Notes: generated by a model from the letters alone, not told the origin. 54,201 nucleotides of DNA from Eubacteriales bacterium (GCA_045592305.1 JAZNUO010000136.1:1-54201), one strand, 5' to 3'. Positions 32,913 to 43,558 are shown, counted from the first letter of the stretch. Made by a program: numbers and translations.

Positions 32913-35246
32913 ATGGCAAAAACCAATCTGGTCATCGTGGAGTCTCCCTCCAAGGCGAGCACTATCAAGGGCTATCTCGGCTCCAACTACAAGGTCATCG
33001 CCTCGGTGGGTCACGTCCGCGACCTGCCCAAGAGCACCCTCGGTGTGGACATTGAGAACAACTTCGCCGCCCACTACATCAACATCCGCGGTAAGGGCGA
33101 CATCATCAAGGAGATCAAAAAGGAGGCCAAGAACGCGGGCAAGGTCTTCCTCGCAACCGACCCCGACCGCGAGGGCGAGGCGATTTCGTGGCATTTAGCC
33201 AACGCTCTGGGCATCCCCGTGGAGCAGGTCCAGCGCGTCACCTTCAACGAGATCACCAAGACCGTGGTCAAGGCCGCCATCAAGCAGCCCCGACCCATCG
33301 ACATGAATCTGGTCAACGCCCAGCAGACCCGCCGCATCCTCGACCGTATCGTGGGCTACAAGCTCTCCCCCTTCCTGTGGAAGACGGTCAGAAGCGGTCT
33401 CTCCGCAGGCCGCGTGCAGTCGGTGGCCACCAAGATCATTGTGGACAGAGAGAACGAGATCCGCGCCTTTGTCCCCGAGGAGTATTGGACCATTGACGCT
33501 ACCCTCATTCCCGCCGACGGCAAGTCCTTCACCGCCCGCTTCTACGGCAACCACAGCGGGAAGATTCGCCTCTCCAACGAGACTCAGGCCATGACGGTGG
33601 TCAGCGCCGTGGAGGGTCAGCCCTTCACCGTGGACAGCGTCAAGCGCTCCACCCGCAAGAAGAATCCCGCCCCTCCCTTCACCACCTCCACCATGCAGCA
33701 GGAGGCCTCCCGTAAGCTGGGCTTCCAGTCCCAGAGAATCATGCGGGTGGCGCAGGAGCTCTACGAGGGTGTCAACCTCGGCCCCGAGTTCGGCGGTGTG
33801 CAGGGTCTTATCACCTATATGCGTACCGACTCCCTCCGTGTGTCGGCTGACGCGCAGGCCGCCGCCGCTACCCTCATCCGCGAGAAGTACGGCGACAGCT
33901 ACTACCCCGAGATTCCCCGCGTCTACAAGACCCGCGCCACGGCGCAGGATGCCCACGAGGCTATCCGTCCCGCTCGGGTAGAGATCGAGCCCGCCATGGT
34001 GCGGAAGGCGCTCTCCTCGGATCAGTACCGTCTCTATAAGCTCATCTGGGAGCGCTTCGTGGCCAGCCAGATGGAGTCCGCCGATCTGGCGACCCTGACG
34101 CTGGACTTCGACTGCAAGGGCTACCTCTTCCGCACCAGCGGCTACACCGTCACCTTCCCCGGCTACATGGCGGTCTACGAGGAGTCTGTGGACGAGTCCC
34201 ACCGCCCCCACGCCGACGAGCCCGAGGAGCAGAAGGATCTCCGCATCCCCGCCCTCACCGAGGGTCAGGTGCTGAACTCCGACAGGATCGACCCCGCCCG
34301 TCACTTCACCGAGCCTCCGCCCCGCTACACCGAGGCATCCCTCATTAAGCTTCTTGAGGAGAAGGGCATCGGCCGTCCCTCCACCTTCGCCACCATCATC
34401 ACCACCATCATCTCCCGCGGCTACGTCAAGAGAGAGTCCAAGTCGCTGGTGCCCACCGAGCTGGGTGAAGTCACCAACACCATTATGCTCAGGAGCTTCT
34501 CCACCGTGGTGGATGAGCAGTTCACCGCCCGCATGGAGGACGAGCTGGACGGCATCGAGGCAGGGAACGAGGAGATGCTGACGGTTCTGTCCCGCTTCTG
34601 GGACAGCTTTGAACGTCAGCTCACCGCCGCCGAGGAGACCATTGGCAGCATCAACGTCCAGCTCCCTGTGGAGACAACCGACATGGTCTGCGACAAGTGC
34701 GGGGCTCAGATGATCGTCAAGAACGGTCGCTTCGGTAAGTTCGCCGCTTGCCCCAACTATCCCGCCTGTAAGAATACCAAGCCCCTGACCCCCGAGGGCG
34801 ACCCCGCCGCCGAAAAGAAGGCTTCCGAGGCTCCCGAGACCGCCGAGGCAGAGAAGAAGCTCCAGACGGTCACGGATATGGTCTGCGAGAAGTGCGGCGC
34901 GCCCATGGTGCTCCGTAACGGTCGCTACGGCAGCTTCTACGCCTGCTCGGCCTACCCCACCTGTAAGTTCACCAAGCCCAAGACCCGAGACATCGGGGTG
35001 GCTTGCCCCAAGTGCTCCGCCAAGCTGGTCATGAAAACGGGTCGCAACAAGACCGTGTTCTATAGCTGCGAGCGCTATCCCGACTGCGATTTTTCCTCTT
35101 GGGATCTCCCCACCGCCGAGACCTGCCCCACCTGTGGGCAGATGCTCTTCCGCAAGAAGGGTAAGGCTCTTCTGGTCTGTCACGACCGGAGCTGCGGCTA
35201 CTCCCGCGAGGTGGAGTCCATGACCGATGCCCCCGCCGAGGAGTAA
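32913..35246 (+). CDS. topA: DNA topoisomerase I
   Basis: LVIVESPSKASTIKGYLG Toprim, TYMRTDS active-site Tyr motif, and three C-terminal CxxC...CxxC zinc ribbons. Confidence 0.95.
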   Translation: MAKTNLVIVESPSKASTIKGYLGSNYKVIASVGHVRDLPKSTLGVDIENNFAAHYINIRGKGDIIKEIKKEAKNAGKVFLATDPDREGEAISWHLANALGIPVEQVQRVTFNEITKTVVKAAIKQPRPIDMNLVNAQQTRRILDRIVGYKLSPFLWKTVRSGLSAGRVQSVATKIIVDRENEIRAFVPEEYWTIDATLIPADGKSFTARFYGNHSGKIRLSNETQAMTVVSAVEGQPFTVDSVKRSTRKKNPAPPFTTSTMQQEASRKLGFQSQRIMRVAQELYEGVNLGPEFGGVQGLITYMRTDSLRVSADAQAAAATLIREKYGDSYYPEIPRVYKTRATAQDAHEAIRPARVEIEPAMVRKALSSDQYRLYKLIWERFVASQMESADLATLTLDFDCKGYLFRTSGYTVTFPGYMAVYEESVDESHRPHADEPEEQKDLRIPALTEGQVLNSDRIDPARHFTEPPPRYTEASLIKLLEEKGIGRPSTFATIITTIISRGYVKRESKSLVPTELGEVTNTIMLRSFSTVVDEQFTARMEDELDGIEAGNEEMLTVLSRFWDSFERQLTAAEETIGSINVQLPVETTDMVCDKCGAQMIVKNGRFGKFAACPNYPACKNTKPLTPEGDPAAEKKASEAPETAEAEKKLQTVTDMVCEKCGAPMVLRNGRYGSFYACSAYPTCKFTKPKTRDIGVACPKCSAKLVMKTGRNKTVFYSCERYPDCDFSSWDLPTAETCPTCGQMLFRKKGKALLVCHDRSCGYSREVESMTDAPAEE

Positions 35247-35249
35247 GCC

Positions 35250-36584
35250 ATGGCACACATCAATGTTTTCGGCGCGGGGCTTGCGGGCTGCGAGGCTGCT
35301 TGGCAGGCGGCGCGGAGAGGTGTGAACGTCACCCTCTACGAGATGAAGCCCAAAAAGTTCACCCCCGCCCACCACAGCGAGGGCTACGCCGAGCTGGTCT
35401 GCTCCAACTCCCTGCGCTCCGACCGTGTCACCGTGGCCTCGGGACTTCTCAAGGAGGAGCTTTCCCGCATGGACTCCCTCATCATGGAGGCCGCCCGCGC
35501 CACGAGGGTCCCCGCAGGCTCGGCTCTGGCGGTGGATCGGGAAAGGTTCTCGGCGTACGTCACCGAGAAGATCAAAAATCACCCCCTCATCAAGGTGGTG
35601 GAGTCCGAGATCACAGAGCTCCCCGCCGAGGGCATTACCGTGGTGGCCACGGGACCGCTGACCTCGGATGCCTTCGCCGAGTGGCTGAAGAACAACCTTG
35701 TGGGTGAGGGACTCCACTTCTTCGACGCGGTAGCCCCCATCGTGGATTTCGCCTCGGTCAATATGGACGTGGCCTTCCTCGCCTCTCGCTACAACAAGGG
35801 CGATGCCGACTACATCAACTGCCCCATGACAAGGGAGCAGTACGATGCCTTCTATAACGCCCTCATCACAGCCGAGGAGGCAGAGCTCAAGGACTTCGAC
35901 AAGGATCTCAAGGTCTTTGAGGGCTGTATGCCCGTGGAGGTCATGGCCAAGAGAGGCTACGATACCCTGCGTTACGGCCCCCTGAAGCCTGTGGGGCTGG
36001 TGGACAGCCGCACCGATGCCCGCTCCTATGCCGTGGTTCAGCTCCGCCGCGAGGACGAGGAGGGAACCATGTACAATCTGGTGGGCTTCCAGACCCACCT
36101 CACCTTCCCCGCCCAGAAGCGTGTTTTCTCCATGATTCCCGGACTGGAGAACGCCGATTTCCTGCGCTACGGTGTCATGCACCGCAACACCTACCTCCCC
36201 TCTCCCGAGCTGCTGGATGCCGACTACCGCCTCCGCAAGGGCTATGGCGAGGGGCAGGTCTACTTCGCGGGCCAGATGACGGGTGTGGAGGGCTACATCG
36301 AGTCTACAGGCTCGGGCTTCGTGGCGGGACTCAACGCCGCCCGCAGGGCTCTGGGACTTGACCCCATCGTGTTCCCCCGGACCACCATGATCGGCGCGAT
36401 GGCTCACTATATCAGCCACGGGGGGCTCGGTGATTTCGTCCCCATGAACGCCAATTTCGGCATCATCCCCAGCCTCGACCACCGCGTCAAGGGCGGCAAG
36501 ATCGCCCGCTACGAGGTCTACGCCGCCAGAGCTCTGGAGGCGCTGGACGGGGTGATGGATACCGTCAACCAAGCCAAGCAGTAA
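35250..36584 (+). CDS. trmFO: Methylenetetrahydrofolate--tRNA-(uracil-5-)-methyltransferase TrmFO
   Basis: VFGAGLAGCEAAWQAARRG FAD motif. dprA-topA-trmFO synteny is typical of Firmicutes. Confidence 0.95.
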   Translation: MAHINVFGAGLAGCEAAWQAARRGVNVTLYEMKPKKFTPAHHSEGYAELVCSNSLRSDRVTVASGLLKEELSRMDSLIMEAARATRVPAGSALAVDRERFSAYVTEKIKNHPLIKVVESEITELPAEGITVVATGPLTSDAFAEWLKNNLVGEGLHFFDAVAPIVDFASVNMDVAFLASRYNKGDADYINCPMTREQYDAFYNALITAEEAELKDFDKDLKVFEGCMPVEVMAKRGYDTLRYGPLKPVGLVDSRTDARSYAVVQLRREDEEGTMYNLVGFQTHLTFPAQKRVFSMIPGLENADFLRYGVMHRNTYLPSPELLDADYRLRKGYGEGQVYFAGQMTGVEGYIESTGSGFVAGLNAARRALGLDPIVFPRTTMIGAMAHYISHGGLGDFVPMNANFGIIPSLDHRVKGGKIARYEVYAARALEALDGVMDTVNQAKQ

Positions 36585-36721
36585 AACACGCCCAACGGAA
36601 CCTGCCCATGTCGGTCGGGTTCCGAGCGGCCAAAAGTCTTTAATCGCGATACCCCTTAAAGGCTTTTGCCCGTTCCGCCTCGCGGTTGGGTTTCCACCTC
36701 GAAAAGAAAGGAAACCGAAAC

Positions 36722-37726
36722 ATGAAGATCATCATCGATTGCATGGGCGGTGATAACGCCCCACTGGAGATACTCAAGGGTGTCATCAACGCCAAGACCG
36801 AGCTGGGAGGGGAGTACCTTCTCGTCGGTCATAAGGAGATCCTCGAGACCACCGCCCGCGAAAACGGTCTGGACATATCGGGCTTCGAGATCCTCCACGC
36901 CGAGACCGTCATCACCATGGAGGACGATTCCATGGCCTTCCGCGAGAAGAAGGACTCCTCCATGACCGTCGCCCTCAAGGCACTGGCGGACGGGGAAGGT
37001 GACGCCATGGTTTCCTGCGGCAATACGGGCACCCTCTTCGCGGGGGCGACCCTCACCGTCCGCCGCATCAAGGGAGTCCACCGCGCCGCGCTGGCCGCCA
37101 TCCTCCCCTTCAATCCCCCCGTACTGCTTCTGGACTGCGGTGCCAACGTCACGGTTCAGCCCGAGTTCCTCCCCCAGTTCGCCGCCATGGGCTCGGCCTA
37201 CATGAAGGCTCTCTACGGTCTGGATAATCCTCGGGTGGGACTCCTCAACAACGGTGCCGAGGAGCATAAGGGTACCCCCATCCAGACCGAGGCTCATCAG
37301 CTCCTCAAGGTCTGCCCCGACGTCAACTTCGTGGGCAACGTGGAGGGCAATCAGGTGCCCTTCGGCGCGTGCGACATTCTGGTCGCCGACGGCTATACGG
37401 GAAACGTCCTGCTCAAGACCATGGAGGGTATGGGCAAGCTCTTCATGGTGCGCATGAAGGGCATCTTCTACTCCTCCCTCGTGGCTAAGCTGGCCGCCCT
37501 CACCGTCAAAAAGTCCTTTATGCAGTTCAAAAAGGATATGGACGTCAAGGAGCACGGCGGCAGTCCCATTCTGGGTATCCGCAAGCCCGTCATCAAGGCT
37601 CACGGCTCCTCGGATGCCCGCGCCTTCAAGTCCGCCATCCGTCAGGCCATGCGCTTTGCCGAGTCGGGGGCTATTGAGACACTGGAGAAGCAGTTGGGCG
37701 GCGTTGCCCCCGCGGGAAAGGAGTAA
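36722..37726 (+). CDS. plsX: Phosphate acyltransferase PlsX
   Basis: MKIIIDCMGGDNAP...VSCGNTGT. Confidence 0.9.
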   Translation: MKIIIDCMGGDNAPLEILKGVINAKTELGGEYLLVGHKEILETTARENGLDISGFEILHAETVITMEDDSMAFREKKDSSMTVALKALADGEGDAMVSCGNTGTLFAGATLTVRRIKGVHRAALAAILPFNPPVLLLDCGANVTVQPEFLPQFAAMGSAYMKALYGLDNPRVGLLNNGAEEHKGTPIQTEAHQLLKVCPDVNFVGNVEGNQVPFGACDILVADGYTGNVLLKTMEGMGKLFMVRMKGIFYSSLVAKLAALTVKKSFMQFKKDMDVKEHGGSPILGIRKPVIKAHGSSDARAFKSAIRQAMRFAESGAIETLEKQLGGVAPAGKE

Positions 37727-37729
37727 GCC

Positions 37730-38455
37730 GTGACCGCTGAACAGAATGCCACTCCCATGGAGCGGTTGGAGTCCGCCATCGGATACTCCTTTCAGGATAA
37801 GACCCTGCTCCGCCGCGCCATGACCCACTCCTCCCACTCCAACGAGACGGGGGAGCGGAACCACCACCTCCTTTGCAACGAGCGGCTGGAGTTTCTCGGC
37901 GACTCGGTGCTGTCCATCGTGGTCAGCCGCTACCTGTATACCGCCTATCCCAACGAGGGGGAGGGCACCCTCACCAATATGCGCAAGGACGTGGTCTGCG
38001 CCGAGGCGCTGGCTCGCTACGCCCGCGGTATTGGTATCGGGGCGTGCCTGCTTCTCGGTAAGGGCGAAGCCCAGACGGGGGGCTGTGACAAGGAAAACAT
38101 ATTGGCCGATGCCTTCGAGGCTCTCCTCGCCGCCGTCTATCTGGACGCGGGAGAGCGGGGCATGGACATCATCGCCGCCTTCCTGCTTCCGCTGGTACAG
38201 AAGGATCTGTCCGAGCTGGAATCCAAGGGCATCGACGGGGACTACAAAACCCCCCTCCAGCAGCTCGTCCAGCAGACCGAGGGAGACGTGCTGGAATACA
38301 TCCTCATCCGCGCCGACGGCCCCGATCACCAAAAGACCTTCGAGGTGGAGGTCAGGGTCAATTCCAACCCCTGCGGCAGAGGGGTGGGCACCTCCAAGAG
38401 AAAAGCCGAGCAGGCCGCGGCCAAGGCGGCGCTGAAGGTCTTTGGGATCTGCTGA
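37730..38455 (+). CDS. rnc: Ribonuclease III (GTG start)
   Basis: NERLEFLGDSVL signature and a C-terminal dsRBD (GPDHQKTFEVEV...GTSKRKAEQAAA). Confidence 0.9.
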   Translation: MTAEQNATPMERLESAIGYSFQDKTLLRRAMTHSSHSNETGERNHHLLCNERLEFLGDSVLSIVVSRYLYTAYPNEGEGTLTNMRKDVVCAEALARYARGIGIGACLLLGKGEAQTGGCDKENILADAFEALLAAVYLDAGERGMDIIAAFLLPLVQKDLSELESKGIDGDYKTPLQQLVQQTEGDVLEYILIRADGPDHQKTFEVEVRVNSNPCGRGVGTSKRKAEQAAAKAALKVFGIC

Positions 38456-38458
38456 TCG

Positions 38459-38573
38459 TAAGATACAAGATACACGCCGAGCGAGCTCGGCAGATACAAG
38501 ATACAAGATAAAGCACGAAAAGACATATCAGTTTCGCATATCTTGTATCTCGTATCTCGTATCTTGTATCTCT
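38459..38573 (+). repeat. GATACAA-heptamer palindromic element, copy 4
   Basis: Starts 3 nt after the rnc stop. AAGATACAAGATAC, then ACGCCGAGCGAGCTCGGC, AGATACAAGATACAAGATA, a loop, then TATCTTGTATCTCGTATCTCGTATCTTGTATCT. Confidence 0.85.
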
Positions 38574-38610
38574 TGTGAATCAAAATTATTGTGTTAACAG
38601 GAGAAACTCC

Positions 38611-41600
38611 GTGTACTTAAAATCAATCGAAATGCAGGGCTTCAAGTCCTTTCCCGACCGCACTAAGCTGGTCTTCGATCCCGGTCATAAGGGCTCGGAT
38701 CAAATCGTGACCGACGGCTCCTCGGTGGGCGTTACGGTCATCGTCGGTCCCAACGGAAGCGGAAAATCCAACATCGCCGACGCGATGCGATGGGTGCTGG
38801 GTGAAATCTCCTCCAAGACCCTGCGAAGCAGTAAAATGGAGGACGTGATCTTCGGCGGCGCGGACAGCCGCCGTCCCATGGGCTACGCCGAGGTATCCGT
38901 GACCTTCGACAACACCTCCGACTTCGGAAAGCTGGATTGCCCCTACGACGAGGTTACAGTCACCCGCCGTTATTTTCGCGCGGGAGAAAGTGAATATCTC
39001 ATCAACCGCAAGGCCGTGCGCCTGAGGGACATCTACGAGCTGTTCCTCAATACGGGTATCGGTCGGGACGGCTATTCCATCATCGGTCAGGGCCGTATCG
39101 CCGACATGGTTTCCCGCAAGAGCGAGGAGCGGCGAAGCGTATTTGAGGACGCTTCGGGCATCGCCAAGTACCGCGTCAAGAAGAACGAGGCCGAGCGCAA
39201 GCTGAACGCCACCGAGAACAATCTGGTGCGTATCCGCGACATTTTCGCCGAGGTGGAATCCCAGATCATTCCTCTGGAAAAGGAAGCCAACAAGGCCCGC
39301 AAGGGCATCGTGCTGCTGGAGGCCAAGAAGCGCGCCGACATCAGCCTGTGGCTCTACGATACCGAGCGGCTCAACCAAGAGATCACCGAGGCGACCTCCC
39401 TGCGGAGCCATGCCGAATTCGACCTGAATCAGGCCGAGGAGTCGGTGCAGGCTCTGGACGTTCGCCGCGAGCGTCTTTCCGAGATGAGTCAGGGAAGCCG
39501 CGCCGCCTCCGAGGAGCTTCTGGGTAGGATCACCGCCCTCACCGAAGCCCAGCACGATCTGGACAGCCGCTACCGCGTCACCGAGACCACCATGCGGCAT
39601 ACCGAGGAAATGATCGCCGCCGCCTCCGAGTCCCGCGCCGCCCTGACCCGCCAGCTTGACACCGATAGAGCCGAGCTGGAAGCCCACCGCGCCGAGTGCG
39701 CCAAGCTGGGTGAGGCTCTGACCGCCTTGGAGAAGCGATCCTCCGACAATGCCGCCGAGATCGAGAGCCTGAACCGCCGTATCGAAAAGCTCACCGAGCT
39801 CATCGACTCCGCCGCCGCCGATATTCGGGATCGGGAGGAGAAGCTGGTGGAGCTGCGGGTCAGCATCTCGGTGCTGGAGACCACCCGCGATTCCGACAGC
39901 GACCGCAACAGCGGCATTCTGTCTGAGATCGAGGAATACGAGCGCATCTCCCGCGGACTCCAAAAGGAAGTGGACGATCATCAGCGGGTGGTGGATCAGT
40001 ACACCGAAAAGCTGAATACCATCGCCGAGGGGATCACCGCCGCTGAGCAGAAGCTGGCTCAGCTCAACGAGGCGTACGGCGACCTCCACGAGCAGCACAA
40101 CTCCGCCCTGCTTCGCCGGGATTCGGTGACTCAGCGCATCACCACCTACCGAGCCATGGAAGCCCAGTTCGAGGGCTATGCCGACGCGGTGAAGTTCGTC
40201 ATGAAATCCTACCGCGAGGGAAGGATCCCCGACTATAACGGCGCGTCCTGCGGCAAAATTTACGGTCCCCTGTCCCAGCTCATCTCGGTGGAGCAGGACT
40301 ATATCACCGCCGTGGAGACCGCTCTGGGTGCCAGCCTCCAGAACATCGTGGTGGAGGACGAGGATACCGCCAAGGCCGCCATTTACGCGCTGAAGCGGGC
40401 AGGGGCGGGTCGAACCACCTTCTACCCCCTCACCTCCATGCGCCCCTCCGCCGAGACCGACGACATGAAGCGCGCCACGGGCTACGCGGGCTACATCGCC
40501 GTGGCGGATACCCTGGTCTCCTGTGATGACCGCTACAGAACCGTCCTGTCCTCCCTTCTGGGACGGACGCTGGTGTTCGACAGCATCGATAACGCCACCG
40601 CTATGGCCAAAGCCCTGAAGTACCGCGTCCGCGTGGTGACTCTGGACGGTCAGCAGATCAATGTGGGCGGCTCCTTCACGGGCGGCTCCACGGGGCGTAA
40701 GAACAGCTCCCTGACCCGCGCCGCTGAGATCAAGCGCATGGAGGAGGATCTGACTTCTCTTGAGGAGACCGTCAAGAGCTCCGAGTCCGGGCTCGCCTCT
40801 CTGCGGGAGGAGATCAAGCGCGCCGATGCCGAAAGGATGGGTCTGGAGGACAAGCGAGACCTCACCCGCGCGGTTATGGCGGGGGAGACCGACCGTCTCA
40901 ATAAGTCGCAGGCCAATCTGGATGCTAACGAAGCCCTCCTGTCCCGTGTCCGCGAGGACTCCGAGGCCATTCTCCGCCAGAACGAGGAGAACGAGAACGC
41001 CATGACCACCCTTCGCGCCGAGGAAACGGGTCTGGAGCAGGCCGTCAGTGAGCTGCGTACCCTCCGCGAGGAGAAGGCCACAGAGCGGGGCGACTGCGAG
41101 GACCGCGTGGATCAGCTCGAGACCGAGCAGACCCGCTTGTTCATTGAGATTTCCGCCGCCCGCAAGGACGTGGAGACCCGCGAGACCCTGGCCGCTCTCT
41201 GCGAGGAGCGTATGGCCTCCACCAATAACGATATCCGCGTCACCGACGAGCGGGTGGAAGCCCACCGTCAGAAGCTGACCGAGGCCGCCGAGTCCCAGAC
41301 CGAGAACCGCCGCCTCTATGCCGAGGGCGAGACCGCACTGACCGCTCTGGTTTCTGACCGCACCCGCGCCGACGAGAACTCCGCCGTCTACGAACAGAAG
41401 CTGAACGCCATCAACACCCGCCTGCGGGAGGAGATGGACCGTAAGGAGAACCTGTTCCGCGAGTTCACTACAGCCGACAGTAAGCTCACGGGGCTACAGG
41501 CCGAGATGGACAAGCTCTCGGGTAAGCTCTGGGAGGACTATGAGCTGTCCCGCGCCGAGGCCGTCGCCCTGGGCTATCTCCCCGTGACCGCCGAGACCCG

Positions 41601-42288
41601 CCGCGAGGTGGTGGCAACTCAGACCGACTGCCGCAATAAGCTCCGCTTCATCGGTCATTTTGATCCCGATGCCGTGGAAAAATACAACGAGACCAAGGCC
41701 CGCTACGACACCATGAGCGAGCAGCTTGCCGATCTGGAGAAGTCCAAGGGCGAGCTGATGGGCATTATCGGACGGTTGGAGGGGGAGATGAAGACCGCCT
41801 TCGTGGATGCCTTCAACAAGATCAACGAAAACTTCGCGGTGACTTTCTCCGAGCTCTTCGGAGGCGGCTCTGCTGAGATCACTCTGAGTGACCCCGACAA
41901 CGTTCTGGAGAGCGGCATCGAGATCAAGGCCGCCCCTCCCGGAAAGATCATCAAGAGCCTCATGCAGCTTTCGGGCGGCGAGCAGGCCTTCATCGGCGTC
42001 GCCCTGTTCTTCGCCATTTTGAAGGTCAACCCCACCCCCTTCTGCATTCTGGACGAGATCGAGGCCGCTCTGGACGAGGTCAACGTGGAACGCCTCGCCC
42101 AATACATCAAGCGCTACTCCGACGAGACCCAGTTCATCATGATTACCCACCGCCGCGGTACCATGGCCGCCGCCACCCGCCTTTACGGTGTGACCATGCC
42201 CGAGCGCGGCATCTCCAAGGTGCTGACTCTGGACGTAGCCGATATTGCCAAGAATAAGGAGAACGATTGGAATGGCCTTTTTAGCTAA
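38611..42288 (+). CDS. smc: Chromosome segregation protein SMC (GTG start)
   Basis: YLKSIEMQGFKSF...GPNGSGKSN, long coiled coils, a hinge, then LSGGEQAF and ILDEIEAALD. Confidence 0.9.
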   Translation: MYLKSIEMQGFKSFPDRTKLVFDPGHKGSDQIVTDGSSVGVTVIVGPNGSGKSNIADAMRWVLGEISSKTLRSSKMEDVIFGGADSRRPMGYAEVSVTFDNTSDFGKLDCPYDEVTVTRRYFRAGESEYLINRKAVRLRDIYELFLNTGIGRDGYSIIGQGRIADMVSRKSEERRSVFEDASGIAKYRVKKNEAERKLNATENNLVRIRDIFAEVESQIIPLEKEANKARKGIVLLEAKKRADISLWLYDTERLNQEITEATSLRSHAEFDLNQAEESVQALDVRRERLSEMSQGSRAASEELLGRITALTEAQHDLDSRYRVTETTMRHTEEMIAAASESRAALTRQLDTDRAELEAHRAECAKLGEALTALEKRSSDNAAEIESLNRRIEKLTELIDSAAADIRDREEKLVELRVSISVLETTRDSDSDRNSGILSEIEEYERISRGLQKEVDDHQRVVDQYTEKLNTIAEGITAAEQKLAQLNEAYGDLHEQHNSALLRRDSVTQRITTYRAMEAQFEGYADAVKFVMKSYREGRIPDYNGASCGKIYGPLSQLISVEQDYITAVETALGASLQNIVVEDEDTAKAAIYALKRAGAGRTTFYPLTSMRPSAETDDMKRATGYAGYIAVADTLVSCDDRYRTVLSSLLGRTLVFDSIDNATAMAKALKYRVRVVTLDGQQINVGGSFTGGSTGRKNSSLTRAAEIKRMEEDLTSLEETVKSSESGLASLREEIKRADAERMGLEDKRDLTRAVMAGETDRLNKSQANLDANEALLSRVREDSEAILRQNEENENAMTTLRAEETGLEQAVSELRTLREEKATERGDCEDRVDQLETEQTRLFIEISAARKDVETRETLAALCEERMASTNNDIRVTDERVEAHRQKLTEAAESQTENRRLYAEGETALTALVSDRTRADENSAVYEQKLNAINTRLREEMDRKENLFREFTTADSKLTGLQAEMDKLSGKLWEDYELSRAEAVALGYLPVTAETRREVVATQTDCRNKLRFIGHFDPDAVEKYNETKARYDTMSEQLADLEKSKGELMGIIGRLEGEMKTAFVDAFNKINENFAVTFSELFGGGSAEITLSDPDNVLESGIEIKAAPPGKIIKSLMQLSGGEQAFIGVALFFAILKVNPTPFCILDEIEAALDEVNVERLAQYIKRYSDETQFIMITHRRGTMAAATRLYGVTMPERGISKVLTLDVADIAKNKENDWNGLFS

Positions 42289-43558
42289 GCTATTTGGAAA
42301 GAAAAAGGACAACGCTCCCGCCGAGGAAGCCGTCGCCGCGGAGGAGGGCCTGACACCGAATGAGCCCCTCGACGAGGATTTCGCCTCGGCAGCCGCCGAG
42401 GAAGCCGCCGAGACCGCGATTCTGAGCGGTGAGGAGCTGACCGAAGCCGAGATCCCCGAGGAGGAGATCAACGAGGAGGCTCCCGTGGAGGAGACCCCCG
42501 TGGAGGAGCCCGTGGTCGAGGAGATCACCGAGGAGACTCCCGTGGAGGAGCCTGCGGTTGAGGAGACCCCCGCTGAGTCTGCCGAGCCCCTCGTCGAGCC
42601 CCTCGTCGAGCCCCTCGTCGAGGCGGAGATCGAGGAGACCGCCACCAAGAAGTCCTTCTGGGGCCGCCTCAAGTCGGGACTGACCAAGACCCGTAACGCC
42701 ATCTTCGCCCCCGTGGACAATCTGCTGAAGGCGTTTACCAAGGTGGACGAGGAGCTTCTGGAGGAGCTGGAGGAGATTCTGATCTCCGCCGACGTGGGAT
42801 TTGCCGCCACCGAGGAGATCATGGACGAGCTCCGCGAGCGGGTCAAGGACGGCCGTCTCAAGGAAAAGGAGCAGGTCATGGATGCCCTGCGCGAGATCAT
42901 GACCGACATGATCGGCGAGTCTCAGCCCCTGACCCTGACCACCACCCCCAGCGTCCTGCTGGTCATCGGTGTCAACGGCGCGGGCAAGACCACCTCCATC
43001 GGCAAGATCTCCAAGCGCCTGCGTTTGCAGGGCAAGCGCGTGGTGGTGGCCGCCGCCGATACCTTCCGCGCCGCCGCCATCGACCAGCTCGCCGTGTGGT
43101 GTGAGCGCGCCCGCGTGGATATGGTGAGGCAGAGCGAGGGAAGTGACCCTGCCGCCGTTGTCTTTGATGCCATCGCCGCCGCCAAGAAGAAGCAGGCCGA
43201 CGTGCTCATCATCGACACCGCGGGTCGCCTGCAGAACAAGAAGAACCTCATGAACGAGCTTGCCAAGATCGACCGCGTCATCGACCGCGAGCTGCCCGGT
43301 GCCTGCCGCGAGACCCTGCTGGTGCTGGATGCCACCACGGGTCAGAACGCCGTGTCCCAGGCCAAGGAATTCGGAAGCGCCGCCAAGATCACGGGCATTA
43401 CCCTGAACAAGCTGGACGGCACCGCCAAGGGCGGCATCATCATCTCCATCAAGCGTGAGCTGGGCATCCCCGTCAAGTTCATCGGCGTGGGCGAGAAGAT
43501 CGACGATATGCAGGAATTCGATGCCGAGGATTTCGTCTCGGCTTTGTTCGGAGAGTAA
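42272..43558 (+). CDS. ftsY: Signal recognition particle receptor FtsY with an acidic repetitive N-terminus
   Basis: [22 protein letters not shown] and [12 protein letters not shown]. Overlaps the smc end by 17 nt. Confidence 0.9.
   Translation: MAFLAKLFGKKKDNAPAEEAVAAEEGLTPNEPLDEDFASAAAEEAAETAILSGEELTEAEIPEEEINEEAPVEETPVEEPVVEEITEETPVEEPAVEETPAESAEPLVEPLVEPLVEAEIEETATKKSFWGRLKSGLTKTRNAIFAPVDNLLKAFTKVDEELLEELEEILISADVGFAATEEIMDELRERVKDGRLKEKEQVMDALREIMTDMIGESQPLTLTTTPSVLLVIGVNGAGKTTSIGKISKRLRLQGKRVVVAAADTFRAAAIDQLAVWCERARVDMVRQSEGSDPAAVVFDAIAAAKKKQADVLIIDTAGRLQNKKNLMNELAKIDRVIDRELPGACRETLLVLDATTGQNAVSQAKEFGSAAKITGITLNKLDGTAKGGIIISIKRELGIPVKFIGVGEKIDDMQEFDAEDFVSALFGE
42584..42619 (+). repeat. 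Perfect 12-bp x3 tandem repeat (EPLV x3) within ftsY
   Basis: GAGCCCCTCGTC repeated three times. Confidence 0.8.

Noticed and set aside
33195-36572. 1125-codon minus-strand ORF, the longest in the track.
   Set aside because: It lies antisense to topA and trmFO, both of which have unmistakable motifs. Its product is G/A/L/V/H-rich low complexity with no RBS. This is the typical shadow ORF of GC-rich DNA.
36656-38506. 616-codon minus-strand ORF.
   Set aside because: Antisense to plsX and rnc, and it begins inside a GATACAA element.
38623-41265. 880-codon minus-strand ORF.
   Set aside because: Antisense shadow of smc. The composition is low-complexity and no motifs are present.
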